Shown piece after piece: positions 25,200 to 38,039 of a stretch of DNA of 64,000 nucleotides (within the stretch, counting starts at the first letter, position 1; each line of letters opens with the position of its first letter). The DNA lies in the NCBI RefSeq assembly GCF_006345805.1, contig NC_043017.1, positions 10,106,001-10,170,000 of the forward strand. Reading direction: 5' to 3'. A program made the translations under genes and the position numbers. The DNA is from Octopus sinensis. Its lineage: Eukaryota. The notes below the pieces were generated by a model that had not been told where the DNA came from, did not search any database, and saw only the letters and a program-made list of their open reading frames with translations.

Positions 25200-27279
25200 A
25201 CGCTGCGCTCAACTCTAAGATGTTTCTTCTACTTCTCTCCAACGTGCCCAGATGAAACCACTACGGATTCTCTTTGAGAGTTTTCTTGCAAATGGCAAGC
25301 AAACTAAAGGAGGGAATAATATTCCCAATCCATAAAGGAGGAAGCAGAGCAGATGCCAAAATTATAGGCCTATCTCTCTGACTTCAAACATCAGCAAAAT
25401 CATGGAACGATTAGTCAGAGGGAAACTAATCGCATTCCTTGATGAAAACAATTTGCTGAGTGATACGGTGCATTTGTGCGTGTAAATGTGAGCGTGTGCA
25501 TATGTATATACATATGTGTATGTGTGCATTTGTGTTTGTCTGTGTCTGTCGCTTCCAACATGTAAACGTGCTTTCTATTACAATAGTTGAGAGGCACGTG
25601 TAGTACTTTGCGTGTCTCTTTCTGAACAAAGACGGCATCATGTGGTGTATAAAAAATGATTTATAACAGATAATAAATAGTGGATAGGAGCTTGAGGGTG
25701 AAATGAGGTGGGTAAAGGAAGAGACGGCTGAGGAGTGACAATTGTTTATGTGTCTATGTGAAGATAGCCAGAAAGAGGAAGTCCCTGTTGTATTACACTA
25801 CCTTCTCATCTTTAGTAGGTTGATTGTTGCGGTAAGAAGTCTGCTTCCCAACCACACATTCGTAGTTCGTTTGCAATTTTCCCCGCCAAATCTGTTTGGC
25901 ACTGTGCCGTGTCGACCCCTCCTGGCATTTATGTAGCTTTCAATGCTAAAATTTGATAATCCCTTCCAGGATCTTCCAGATGTATATTACTGCATACCTC
26001 TCCCGTCTTCGCTCCAGGGATACCCAGCATGGTTTTTGAACTGGTAGGAGCTGCCTGACCCAGCTCCTATAGGACTATGACTAGGTATTGAGGCAGAATA
26101 TGATATTCCACAAACTGCGTGAAAACTTTCCATAGCTGGAAAGCTTGGAGAGTGGTTACATGACTTTCTGAAATATAGAAGTCAGGAAGTGGTGGCCAAT
26201 GAGCCACGTCAAAGAAAACACAAATAGTGAGGGTACTGTCTTGGGACCATTCCTTTTCATAGCTGCCTAGATAGCCACCCTTGCTAGCTACGCAGACGAT
26301 ACGAATGTCTCGCAGAAAATACAAAACCCTAGCGATGTTGCACTTTACAGATGGGCAGAGGACAATAATATGCAGTTTAATGCTGGAAAGTTCCAAGCCT
26401 TGCGCTACCAGCGCCCGAAACTGAACGTAAAACTCACACCTAAATCAGTGCGGGGCCTGGGTATCGCCATGAATGATGATACCTCTTTCCAAGGTGACAA
26501 AGAGCAGATGGCTGGCTGGCTGGATCCTGAGAACCTTCAGAATCAGAGAGGAGGAAACCATGATGATCCTCTGGAGGACATTCATCCTCAGCCGCCTGGA
26601 CTACTGTTCCCAGGTATGGTCACTCCACAGTGTAAAATTAACAGCGGGCCTTGAATCAATTCAGCGAAGCTTCACTAAGAAGATCGTCTCATTGCAACAA
26701 CTCAGCTACTGGGAAAGGCTGAAACAGCTAAGACTCTACTCCCTGGAGCGAAGACGGGAGAGGTGTGCAGTAATATACATCTGGACGATCCTGGAAGGGA
26801 TTATCAAATTTTGGCATTGAAAGCTACATAAATGCCAGGAGGGGTCGACACGGCACAGTGCCAAACAGATTTGGCGGGAAAAATTGCAAACGTCCCAAAA
26901 ATGGGAAGACTTTTACCGCAACAATCAACCTACTAAAGATGAGAAGGTAGTGTAATACAACAGGGACTTCCTCTTTCTGGCTATCTTCACATAGACACAT
27001 AAACAATTGTCACTCCTTAGCCGTCTCTTCCTTTACCCACCTCATTTCACCCTCAAGCTCCTGTCCACTATTTATTATCTGTTATAAATTATATTTTATA
27101 CACCACATGATGCCGTCTTTGTTCAGAAGGAGACACGCAAAGTACCACACGTGCCTCTCAACTATTGTAATAGAAAGCACGTTTACATGTTGGAAGCGAC
27201 AGACACAGACAAACACAAATGCACACATACACATATGTATATACATATGCACACGCTCACATTTACACGCACAAATGCA
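25200..27279 (+). mobile_element. Degenerate CR1-group LINE interrupted by an inverted copy of its own 3' part
   Basis: NYRPISLTSNISKIMERLVRGKLIAFLDENNLLSD|TQHGF..GRSCLTQLL; YADDT; MQFNAGKFQ; ILSRLDYCSQVWS; LRLYSLERRRER. Confidence 0.85.
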
Positions 27280-27302
27280 CCCTCGAATTTACACACACTT
27301 AT

Positions 27303-27655
27303 TCCTTTACTTGTTTCAGTGATTTGACTGCGGTCATGCCGGAGCACCGCCTTTAGTCGAGCAAATCGACCCTAGGACTTATTCTTTGCAAGCCTAATAC
27401 TTATTCTATCGGTCTCTTTTGCCGAACCGCTAAGATACGGGGACGTAAATACACAAGCATCGGTTGTCAAGCGATGTTGGGGAGGGGTGGCAAACACAGA
27501 CACACAAACACATATATAAATATATACATATATACGACGGGCTTCTTTCAGTTTCCGTCTACCAAATCCACGCACAAGGCTTTGGTCTGCCCGAGGCTAT
27601 AGTAGAAGACACTTGCCCAAGGTACCACGCAGTGAGACCGAACCCGGAACCATGT
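27303..27655 (-). mobile_element. SINE family A
   Basis: Reverse-complement match to 24017-24412. Confidence 0.85.
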
Positions 27656-27802
27656 GATATATATATATATTCACATTTAAAAGTGTACACATACACATAT
27701 TTGGCGATCTTAAATATACGAATTTACATATACACACATTCATACGTCTAAGGTTACGTATGTAGAGATTCCCTTTTTTCATACATTCTCACATGCGTAT
27801 TG

Positions 27803-27881
<79 letters not shown>

Positions 27882-27886
27882 CAGAC

Positions 27887-27937
<51 letters not shown>

Positions 27938-27979
27938 CAGAGATTGATAGATAGATAGATAGATAGATAGACAGAGATT

Positions 27980-28025
<46 letters not shown>

Positions 28026-28144
28026 AAGAAAGATAGTTGGATGGATGGATAGATAGATACATAGATAGATAGATATATAGATAGGTAGATAGAAAGAAAG
28101 ATAGATAGATGGATGGATAGATAGATAGGTAGAAAGATAGATAA

Positions 28145-28217
<73 letters not shown>

Positions 28218-28240
28218 AAGAAAGATAGATAGACAGACAG
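27803..28240. repeat. (GATA)n microsatellite
   Basis: Directly visible; source of the YLSI ORFs. Confidence 0.97.
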
Positions 28241-29479
28241 AGCTGGAAAGGGAGGAACACCCACACACACACATATGCATATATTCAGACAAATCGTGGA
28301 GAGAGAGAGAAAAGGAGACAAAAGGGTAGGAAGGTTAGAAAATGCAAAACATACACACGTGCACAGACATACATACATATTTAAATGAACCGAACCAGAA
28401 TACAGAAAGATAGAGAGAGAAAGAGAACGAAGGAGAGAGAGAGTAAAAGAGAGCAAGAGTAAGAGCGTGAGAGAGGACAAGAGTAAGAGTAAGAGAGAGA
28501 GAGAGAGAGAAAAAGAGAGAGGGGGAAGTGGATTGACGAAATGAGAAAGCAAAACACAGAATTTAGAGATAGAGGCGTAGTCAGCTTCTAATTTAGTTAG
28601 AGACAGACAGAGACAGGAGCGAGTTTATAAAGAGGTGAGTGTTATTTTGTTGACGGACTCGCATTATCTCTCGTGTTTACTGTATTTTTCGTTTGAAATT
28701 TGGTGTAGAGATTACGTGAAGAATTAGTTTCGTTACCGTGGACCGAAGATCAGCATTTCATACACACACTTATTCTATCGGTTCCTTTTGCCGAACCGAT
28801 AAGTTACGGGGACGTAAACACACAAGCATAGGTTGTCTATCTATCTATCTATCCATCCATCCGTCTGTCTATCTATCTATCTGTCTGTCTATCTATCTGT
28901 CTATCTATCTATCTTTCTATCTATCTATCTATCTGTCTATCTATCTCAATATGCCTGTGAGAAAGCGAATCTCTTCATACGTAACCTTGGACGTATGTAT
29001 GTGTGTATATGTAAATTCGTATATATGTTTTGTAAATTTGTTTTACAGACACCGAGTTAATTATTCCTAGTTTGCGACCAGGCTAGTGTACCCACCCCAC
29101 TCAGTCGTTCCCTATATGTCGAACCGCTCGGTTGCAGGAATTTACAGGGGTGCGAGATAAACAGCAGAACCAGATCATTTTCTTTTAAAGACCCTTACAC
29201 ATTGACAGGCATGCGAACACGCATGTTATACGATCTCATGCATACGTACAGACACGCACCCCCTTGGTCTGTGGCCACGCTGGGGCACTGCCTAGAAGGA
29301 TTTTAGTCGAACAAATTGACAACAGTACTTATTTCATTTTTGGTGGTCCTTCGATATTGGTCTACAGATTGTGTCGGTATGAGGAGACGACGTCATTCAC
29401 GTTCTTTTTTATCTTTGCCTTTTTATGTCATGAGGGAAGTGTGTGTGAATGACGTCATGTACAAATACCGAAGGATTGC

Positions 29480-29521
29480 GATATGTATATATATATATAT
29501 ATATAATATAATATATATATA

Positions 29522-29554
<33 letters not shown>

Positions 29555-29826
29555 ATGTATGTATGTATGTAGTATGTATGTATGTATGTATGTATGTATA
29601 TATATATATGTATGTGTGTGTATGTATGTATGTATGTATATATATATATATGTATGTATATGTATGTATATATGTATGTATATATGTATATATATGTATG
29701 TATATATGTATGTATATATATATATATGTATGTATATGTATATATGTATATGTATATGTATGTATATGTATATATGTATATATATATTATATATATATAT
29801 AATATAATATATATATATATATGTGT

Positions 29827-29866
<40 letters not shown>

Positions 29867-29870
29867 ATAT
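29480..29870. repeat. Compound (TA)n/(TG)n/(TATG)n microsatellite
   Basis: Directly visible; similar tracts at 46790-47190, 53850-53980 and 55507-55720. Confidence 0.95.
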
Positions 29871-30133
29871 TTGGCGGAGTTCTGATCGAAGCACGTACTG
29901 TTATTTTAAGACAGAAATGTGTGACTCCTAGCGAGATCACAATCAAATTGAAATCTGGATTGTACACTTCGTGGACAATGCCTGGGAGAAAAATTCAATA
30001 CGTTTATAAAGCACATACCGGAAATTTTTCCGCTTTAATTTAAAGGTATTTTGCAAATTATTTATTTTCATGACATTTTCTGTTAGTAAGTGATTTTCTC
30101 TTAAACAAACACGCAAGAACTGATAGTAGGCGG

Positions 30134-30144
30134 TGCGCATGCGC
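30134..30144. promoter_or_regulatory. NRF1/Ewg-type motif TGCGCATGCGC
   Basis: Exact palindromic core in CpG-retaining unique sequence. Confidence 0.35.
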
Positions 30145-30327
30145 GATTGTTTAAAACTTTTTCGACTTTGATTTCGAAGTATTTAACAAATTATTTGGAA
30201 ATTATAGAGAGAAACGAATGGCAAAATCGGACTGACCGCATTTTAAAACCAGGAATTATGGAAAAAAAAATCGAAAAATAGTGGAAAGTTGTGGAGTTAG
30301 GGGGTAGATGGGGAATATTAAAAAAAA

Positions 30328-30494
30328 CAGGAGTGGCTGTGTGGTAAGTAGCTTGTTTACCAACCACATGGTTCCGGGTTCAGTCCCACTGCGTGGCACC
30401 TTGGGCAAGTGTCTTCTACTATAGCCTCGGGCTGACCAGTGCCTTGTGAGTGGATTTGGTAGACGGAAACTGAAAGAAGCCCGTCGTAGATATG

Positions 30495-30563
<69 letters not shown>

Positions 30564-30760
30564 TGTTTGTCCCCCTAGCATTGCTTGACAACCGATGGTG
30601 GTGTGTTTATGTCCCCGTCACTTAGCGGTTCGGCAAAAAGAGACCGATAGAATAAGTACTGGGCTTAAAAAGAATAAGTCCCGGGGTCGAGTTGCTCGAT
30701 TAAAGGCGGTGCTCCAACATGGCCGCAGTCAAATGACTGAAACAAGTAAAAGAGTTAAGA
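30328..30760 (+). mobile_element. SINE family A
   Basis: Near full-length match to the family. Confidence 0.87.
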
Positions 30761-31419
30761 GTAATTTTATTGGATAATCGTATTAATTCCATTGCAAAAG
30801 ACAGAATTCCACACAGAAGACAGAATCAAAAAAAAAATAATGAAAATTCGTAAAGAAAAAAATTATTATATGAAATATATTCATACATCCATTTACACGC
30901 ACATACACACACAACGCACATACATGCACACACATATACATACGATACAATACACGCCTTAAAGCTTTATTTCCACTCTTCTATCGCACTATATTTCTCC
31001 ACTCTTAATTTTCTGTTACCTTTTTTTCTTTCTCCTCCTCTTTTTCTAAATTACTTTTGACGTTAAATCTATTAACGGTTTTTCAAAAAATAACTTGCCA
31101 GCGTTCCCTTCATATACGCGGTAATCATTTTCTTCGAAACATATGTCGGAAGTATAAAGATTCGAATAACACTTGCGTTTAACTCCATTTCTTAATTTAT
31201 CTACATACATACAAATACTATTTGATGGCATATAAGATGCACATTTTTAAAAAGAAAAAGTATCTTCAAAAAATTATCTCATGTCCCACATACCAAGTTG
31301 CCTCAAATATTATATGCTTTAATACATTAAATTCTTTAAAAAGTTTTTTTTTGTTTTTTTGCGCCTTATTTAAATATTTCGAAGCCCAAAGCAAGACGAA
31401 ATTCAAGAAGGCTGGTATT

Positions 31420-31832
31420 TACATAAAAGATATTTAGCTCCGTGCATACAAGGTGCAAACAGTTCCGTTCTTTTATTTAAACCATTACTGGCTTGGACAA
31501 AAATTCTCAATTATTCTCTCAAAGGTTACACCTTGCTATTTTAATTTTTTACTTCTAGGTTAAGTATTGGGTTGTGCCATAAAATGTTTCTTTTCCTATT
31601 CCAGTTCGAACGTTCTGTCTTCCCAGTGTTTTGTACGTATCTAATCTTATCTGAGAATCCATTATTCTTTAGCTGCTTCCATGAAAGCATCTTCATCAGA
31701 AGTTATCGAGGATATACTTTTACCAACATTGTCAAGTGAGTTCATAAAGATACTTGGATGATTCGATTGTCTATGAATATATACAAACTTCTCAGTTGGT
31801 TTGTGGTGCGGTGTGAAACTCCCATTTTCACG
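31420..31832 (-). mobile_element. Penelope-like element relic (Naiad-like RT-thumb/GIY-YIG C-terminus, internally deleted)
   Basis: Minus-strand translation with frameshifts: ENGSFTPHHKPTEKFVYIHRQSNHPSIF...SITSDEDAF...LKNNGF...RKRNILWHNP...RCNL...GLNKRTELFAPCMHGAKYLL. Confidence 0.8.
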
Positions 31833-32054
31833 GCTGTTTTAGCAGCTTTACAGGCTTCCGGGCGAATCAGCGCACTGGGTCCTATAGTATTTCTCATTGA
31901 CAGTAAGCCACGAGATATATATATTTCAGAATTCGATGACTAAACTAGTGCGGCTCGTGGGCAACTGCCCAATGTATCCGCAACATAAGACGGTCCAGCC
32001 CATTTGTCGTTCACGATAGGAGAATGCACTACTCACCCTCCGCCACACATCCCC

Positions 32055-32400
32055 ATCATTTAACGTCCGTTTTCCATGCTGGCATGGGTTTGACAGGAGC
32101 TGGTCAATCAGAGAGCTGTCCAGGCTTCAGTCATCTGTTTTGGCATGGTTTCTACGGTCGGGTGCCTTTCCTAATGCCAACCACTTAACAGAGTGTGCTT
32201 GGTGCTTTTTACGTGGCACTGACACCTGCAAGACGAATACCTCTCAGCTGAGAGTGGGGGCATGACCATAAAGGACATGCCTGCATGCATGGATGGCCGC
32301 GATTTTACATACATGCACACACGTGCTTTCTCAAATGCAGCAAATCGCCAGAGGTGACGATCCCTCGTCATTTCCTCAGCGAGGCCCAACGTCTGAAGAT
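32055..32400 (-). mobile_element. RTE LINE 3' end fragment (ORF end plus 3'UTR)
   Basis: LQTLGLAEEMTRDRHLWRFAAFEK, then the CCATGCCAGCATGGAAAACGGACGTTAAATGATG tail. Similar tails at about 5010-5116, 7380-7480, 51650-51843, 52920-53230, 54718-54865 and 63230-63400. Confidence 0.7.
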
Positions 32401-32716
32401 GCTTTATGTATGTGGTGAATAAATAACACCGAAAATTTTCCCAACTTCTTGTTTCGTTATATAACTCTGCAAACAGTATTGCCAGAGTTTTCAACTCTAA
32501 TATGTACCGCACATCAATGTAACAACGACAACATCTACGTACTGGATTGGAATAATCCAGGCGGGGCTGTGTGGTAAGAAGCTTGCTTCCCAACCACATG
32601 GTTGCGGGTTCAGTCCTACTGTGTAGCACATGGGCAAGATTCTTCTAACTATAGCCTCGGGCTGACCAAAGCCTTGTGAGTGGATTTAGTAGACGGAAAC
32701 TGGAAGAAGCCCGTCG

Positions 32717-32747
<31 letters not shown>

Positions 32748-33266
32748 TTGTCTCACCGCCATCGCATGACAACCGATTCTGGTGTGTTTATGCCCTCGTA
32801 ACTTAGTGGTTCAGCAAAAGAGACCGACAGAGTAAGTACTAGGCTTACAAAGAATAAGTCCTGGGGTCGATTTGTTCGACTAATACCCCTTAAGGTGGTG
32901 CTCCATCATAGCTGCAGTCAAATGACTGAAACAAGTAAAAGAAATATATATATATATATAATTATCAACCAAGTGTGGCGTCCTATATGGCACGGTGCTA
33001 CTGGCGTTTACAGCCCCAGGAAGACATCTCTTCCAGCTGGCAAACGACACACATTCTGTGTCCGATTAGTATTTGCAAGGGAAAGTCATCGCTCCCATCT
33101 CTAGCCTTACGTGATACATACGGACTCGAGTTTCTGGGTGGTTACCCGTCCTCAGCGTGTGTTAATCACCAGCTAGTGATGAAAGTCACCCCACTCGCAA
33201 AATACGATATGCTTTTTCCAGCGACGAACCATCGCTGATTTCGAAATAGGAGAAATAAGCTATATA

Positions 33267-33375
33267 AAATCTCTGAGCGACATATACACAATAGCAGTAC
33301 GGAATCGTAACATATAATTGACAATTATATGTTACGATTCCGTACTGCTACTGTGTATATGTCGCTTAGAGATTT
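33267..33375. repeat. Near-perfect palindrome (54-bp arms, 1-nt centre)
   Basis: Arms 33267-33320 and 33322-33375, with two mismatches. Confidence 0.92.
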
Positions 33376-34980
33376 AATGTATGTATGTATATAAAATACC
33401 CATTAAGTACTGGACATCATCAACGATTAAAAAATAGGTATGCACACGAAAGATAAGTAGAGGACAAAATACCAAAAGATAACTCCTCGTCAGTTATCGA
33501 CTGTTTTACTATTCCCTATTTCGTGCGTGTGGCCGTTAGGGAGACTCAAATGTGAAGTTCTAAAGTCTGTGGCGCCCTTACTGACGCCATGAACTGCCTA
33601 TTATCAGTGACTGTCTTTGACATAGGCTGAAATGTATCTGTGCAACGTGAACCCTATGTTTACTGACATGCGGGAGTTGTTTGTATTGAAGTAAATACAT
33701 GCAATTGTAGATTATACGCTGTAAATGAAAATGAACGCACACACTCACACACAGACGCAAGTATAGAAATGTATACGTAATACAAAGGCTTAATTGTCGC
33801 ACGAATAATACACGGAGACTTTCGTATTCGTTGTTTTGTCCTAGTTCAATCGCGAAGAAGCAGACCTGTGTTCTAAAGGCATTCTAGCCGTGGCTATCCC
33901 GTCTATTTAGGACTTCAGTATGTAATGTCTTCTTTTCTTTTTTTTTTACTTGTATCAGTCATTAGACTGCGGCCCTGCTGGGACATCGCTTTTAAGGGCT
34001 TAGTCGAACAAATCGACCCTAGGACTGGTTTTTGTTGAGCTGCTAATGTTACGGGGGTCGTAAACAAACGAGTTGTCATACGGTGGGACGGGGACAAATA
34101 AACACAAATGCACACACACACATACACGCGACAGGCTTTCAATTTCAGCCTGCCAAATCCACGCACAAGACTTTGATCAGCCTAGGGTTATAGCAGAAGG
34201 TGTCATGCAGTGGGGTCAATCCCAGGACCATGTGTTGGGAAGCAAACTTCTTACGACACAGACATACCTACACCTAGTAGTTGGTAGCAGATTTGGCTGT
34301 TATTTCTAGCAAATCAAACAACCAGTCACGTAGCGGCTGCGTTATATAAGAGTCACGTTTTTCTAACAAAACACGGACAATAGCAAACATTCCGTAAAAT
34401 GGGAACGGTGTAGTCTTAAATATTTTCCCCTCTGAAAAAGATATCCAGATGTTGCGTCAGTGATTGATAAAAAGCAAAGACAACAACACAGGTTTAAATA
34501 CGAAATCATTTAAGCTGCAGCCGCTCTAATGATGGACGTAGCCAAGTTAAGATTACAGCCCGGGATTGATGGGTGTATTTAATTATTATTTAATTATTAT
34601 GATATTTAATTATCATGTACGCGCATCAACATAACGATGGGAAAAAATTATCGTAAGCTCGATGGCAATTAGTATAAAATGCTTGTGTTTTTTTAATTCT
34701 TTGGTGGGTTGGGTGGAAATATAAATAAGTAATTTCTTTTTCAGAATTGGTGCAACAAGTATGATTGTGCGGTTATGGAGTACTGTGTATATGTCGCTCA
34801 GAGATTTATGGAGTTGTACCCACATGGTTTCTGGTTTAGTCCTACTGCGTAGCACCTTGGACGATTTTGTCATCTACTATAGCTCCAACCAAAGCCATGT
34901 GAGAGAATTTAGTAGAAGGCGGAAACTGCGTGGAAGCGCGTCGTATATGTGTGTGCACGAGCGTGCGTGTTTGCCTTTCT

Positions 34981-35328
34981 GCTCTCGTTTTGACAACTAG
35001 TAACGGTTTCATTACGTCCACGTAACTTAGCGGTTCGGCAATAAGACACTGATAGACTAAGTACCAGGCTCTCGTTTTGACAACTAGTAATGGTTTCATT
35101 ACGTCCACATAACTTAGCGGTTCGGCAATAAGACACTGATAGACTAAGTACCAGGCTCTCGTTTTGACAACTAGTAATGGTTTCATTACGTCCACATAAC
35201 TTAGCGGTTCGGCAATAAGACACTGATAGACTAAGTACCAGGCTCTCGTTTTGACAACTAGTAATGGTTTCATTACGTCCACATAACTTAGCGGTTCGGC
35301 AATAAGACACCGATAGACTAAGTACCAG
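34981..35328 (+). repeat. Four tandem 87-bp copies of a SINE-A internal segment
   Basis: Unit starts GCTCTCGTTTTGACAAC at 34981, 35068, 35155 and 35242. Confidence 0.92.
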
Positions 35329-35631
35329 ATTTTAAAGAACAAAAACTTACAAAAGTCGTATTGTTCAACTAAAACCATTCGATGCTGTGCCTCAGCAAGG
35401 CCTCCGTTCAACGACCGAAAAAGTCGAAGATAATACACACATGCATAAACGAAACAATTGTAGCCATTCTCACCCCGTTGCTTCACACGTGACAGTAATA
35501 TGTTAAACATATGAATACAATACATGAATAGTCTACAAAACTTCAATCAGTTTCTGAAGAATGTTAAAAATGCTTTGTGCTCCAACATGACTGCAGTCAA
35601 ATGACTGAGACAAGAAAAAAAAAATATATAT

Positions 35632-35680
<49 letters not shown>

Positions 35681-35849
35681 CATACATATATATACACATA
35701 CATATATATATATATGTATATCTATCTATCTATATATATATATATATATATATAAAACTTACTTGGAAAAGGATGTGTGGCATATGATCATATAATAATA
35801 TAAAATATATGCATATATACATACATATGCATATATGGTTGCAGGGCAT

Positions 35850-36890
35850 AAAAAAAAAAAATGTGATTTTGTATATGCTGACCTCAAAACTAACTTCACA
35901 AACCCTGTGTGGCTTGCAAATACAACCATTGTTACGCCAACAAATGAAATAGCACAATTTGTGAATAATTTTCTGTTATCTGGTGGGCTAAAAATATACA
36001 TAATCTCAGATACAGTTGATAATGAAATTCTGTATCCAATTCAGTTCATCAACAAGCTTACACCATCAGGATTTCCACCACACATTCTCAAATTGAAGAA
36101 AAAACAATTCATAATACTTCTGAGAAATGTAGATGCTACTAATGGGCATTGCAATGGCACACACTACATCATTGTCAGTTTACATGGTCATGTTATTGAG
36201 GCTCAATGGCCCAGTGGTTAGGGCAGTGGACTCGCGGTTTCGATTCCCAGACCGGGCGTTGTGAGTGTTTATTGAGCGAAAACACCTAAAAGCTCTACGA
36301 GGCTCCGGCAGGGGATGGTGGTGATCCCTGCTGTACTCTTTCACCACAACTTTCTCTCACTCTTACTTCCTGTTTCTGTTGTACCTGTATTTCAAAGGGC
36401 CGGCCTTGTCACTCTCTGTGTCACACTGAATATCCCCGAGAACTACGTTAAGGGTGCATGTGTCTGTGGAGTGCTCAGCCACTTACACGTTGATTTCACG
36501 AGCAGGCTGTTCCGTTGATTCGGATCAACCAGAACCCTCATCGTCGTAACCGACGGAGTGCTTCCATCCGTTATTGAGGCTTCTGGTCTTTATGCAGGAT
36601 CAACTCTGCAATTCCCAAGAATATCCACTTGTATCTCGAGAAATGAAATTCACATTTACATGCAAACTATTTTCTTTCAAGCCAGCTTTTGCCTTGACAT
36701 GCAACAAGGCACAGAGACAGACTTTTGAACAAACTGGAATAAATCTTTTGACCCAAATCTTCTCACATGGTCAGCTGTATGTTCCATTATTTAGAGTTTG
36801 AAAGAAGGCTAATGTAAAAATATTGGCTGAGAGAAATGGAAACAGTATGATTACTGACAATTGTGTCTACAAGGAGAACTACTTTAAAAC
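35850..36890 (+). pseudogene. Helitron PIF1-type helicase C-terminal relic, interrupted by a SINE
   Basis: YPIQFINKLTPSGFPPHILKLKK...ILLRNVDATNGHCNGT...HVIEA|SG...FKPAFALTCNKAQRQTF...FSHGQLYVPLFRV...TDNCVYKE. Confidence 0.9.
36202..36569 (+). mobile_element. SINE family C inserted in the Helitron helicase relic
   Basis: High similarity to 21750-22118; 12-bp TSD GTTATTGAGGCT. Confidence 0.85.
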
Positions 36891-37552
36891 AAAATATGCT
36901 TTTTAGCAAATTTCAGTAAATAGAATTAACTCATAAATTATATGTAAAGTAACATATATTTAATAAGGCATTAAAACAGAATGACTTTCCCAGACACAAT
37001 AAAATATGCTTCAACACACTAATTCACATAAAGAATCTTGAAAACCAAATACAAAAACAATATAATATTTATATATAAATATAAAGAATGAAAATGTAAT
37101 ACATGTTAATTAACACTATAATTAAAACATTTCAGTATATATGTACACTTCAAAGGCAAGTGCTATTCTTTTATCTCTTTCTGTCATTTGACTGCAGCCA
37201 TGCTGGAGCACTGCCTGGAAGGGTCTTACTCAAACAAATCGACCTCAGGACTTATTTTTTTAAAGCCTAGTACTTATTCTATCAGTCTCTTTTGCCAAAC
37301 CACTAAATTATGGGAACATAAACTCACAAAGTGGTGATGGGGAGACAAGCACAGGCACAAAGACACATGTGTGACGGGCGTCTTTCTGTTTCCACCTACC
37401 AAATCCGCTGACAAGGCTTTGGTCAGCCCAAGGATATAGTAGAAGGCACTTGCCCAAACCGCCACTCATCCCTATATATATATATATTCAATATGTGACC
37501 ACGTGTGTATCGTTGGCGATTTTCTTTCTCCGTCTTCCTTTCCTTTTTCTAT

Positions 37553-37587
37553 GTTTCTGATGAAGAGCTCTGCTCAAAACGTTAAAT
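37553..37587 (+). ncRNA. Minimal hammerhead-like motif (paralog at 13715-13749)
   Basis: GTTT-CTGATGA-A-GAGC-TCT-GCTC-(A/G)AAA-CG-TT-AAA. The two copies complement each other's core mutations. Confidence 0.55.
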
Positions 37588-38039
37588 TCTTCTTTCTTTC
37601 CTTTCACATAGTGTTTTCTCTTTGTTCATGTTTGGATTAACTGGAAAAGGCAAAGGCTGATACAGTTTGGTACCAGTGATGTCACAACTCTTTTCTATGG
37701 CTGAGTGAACTGGAACAACATTAAAGAAAGTGTCTTGCTCAAGAAGACAACACACAGCCTGCTCTAGGAATTGAACTCACTACCTCACGATTATAAGCTC
37801 AATGCTCTAACCACTGAGCCTTCACACACAATATATATATATATATATATATATAGGGAGAGAGAGAGAGAGAAAGAAGGCAGTGAGATTTTTGGATAAT
37901 TCTTTATTATCACTTTCGTTCATTTATCAAACTCATCAAAACCAAAACCATTGATTTTGGTTTTTCCATGACGATTTTAGTAAACAAATGAATGCCCTAA
38001 TAAAGAATTATCCAAAATTCAGACTGCTTCCTTTTTCCC

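Noticed and set aside
27754-30043. Long ORFs of [12 protein letters not shown] type
   Set aside because: Translations of (GATA)n and (TA/TG)n microsatellites.
31515-31535. TGT AAC CTT TGA in the Naiad-like relic, which looks like a CxxU selenocysteine motif
   Set aside because: The downstream frame (LRE*LRIFVQASNGLNKRTEL) is shifted relative to this TGA. A small slippage deletion from CNLCLRE explains it better, and the element is clearly decayed.
34981-35328. Regular repeat resembling a CRISPR array
   Set aside because: Head-to-tail units with no unique spacers, in a eukaryotic context with no cas genes.
34842-35546. 234-aa ORF with 29-aa repeats
   Set aside because: Antisense reading of the 87-bp SINE-derived tandem repeat.
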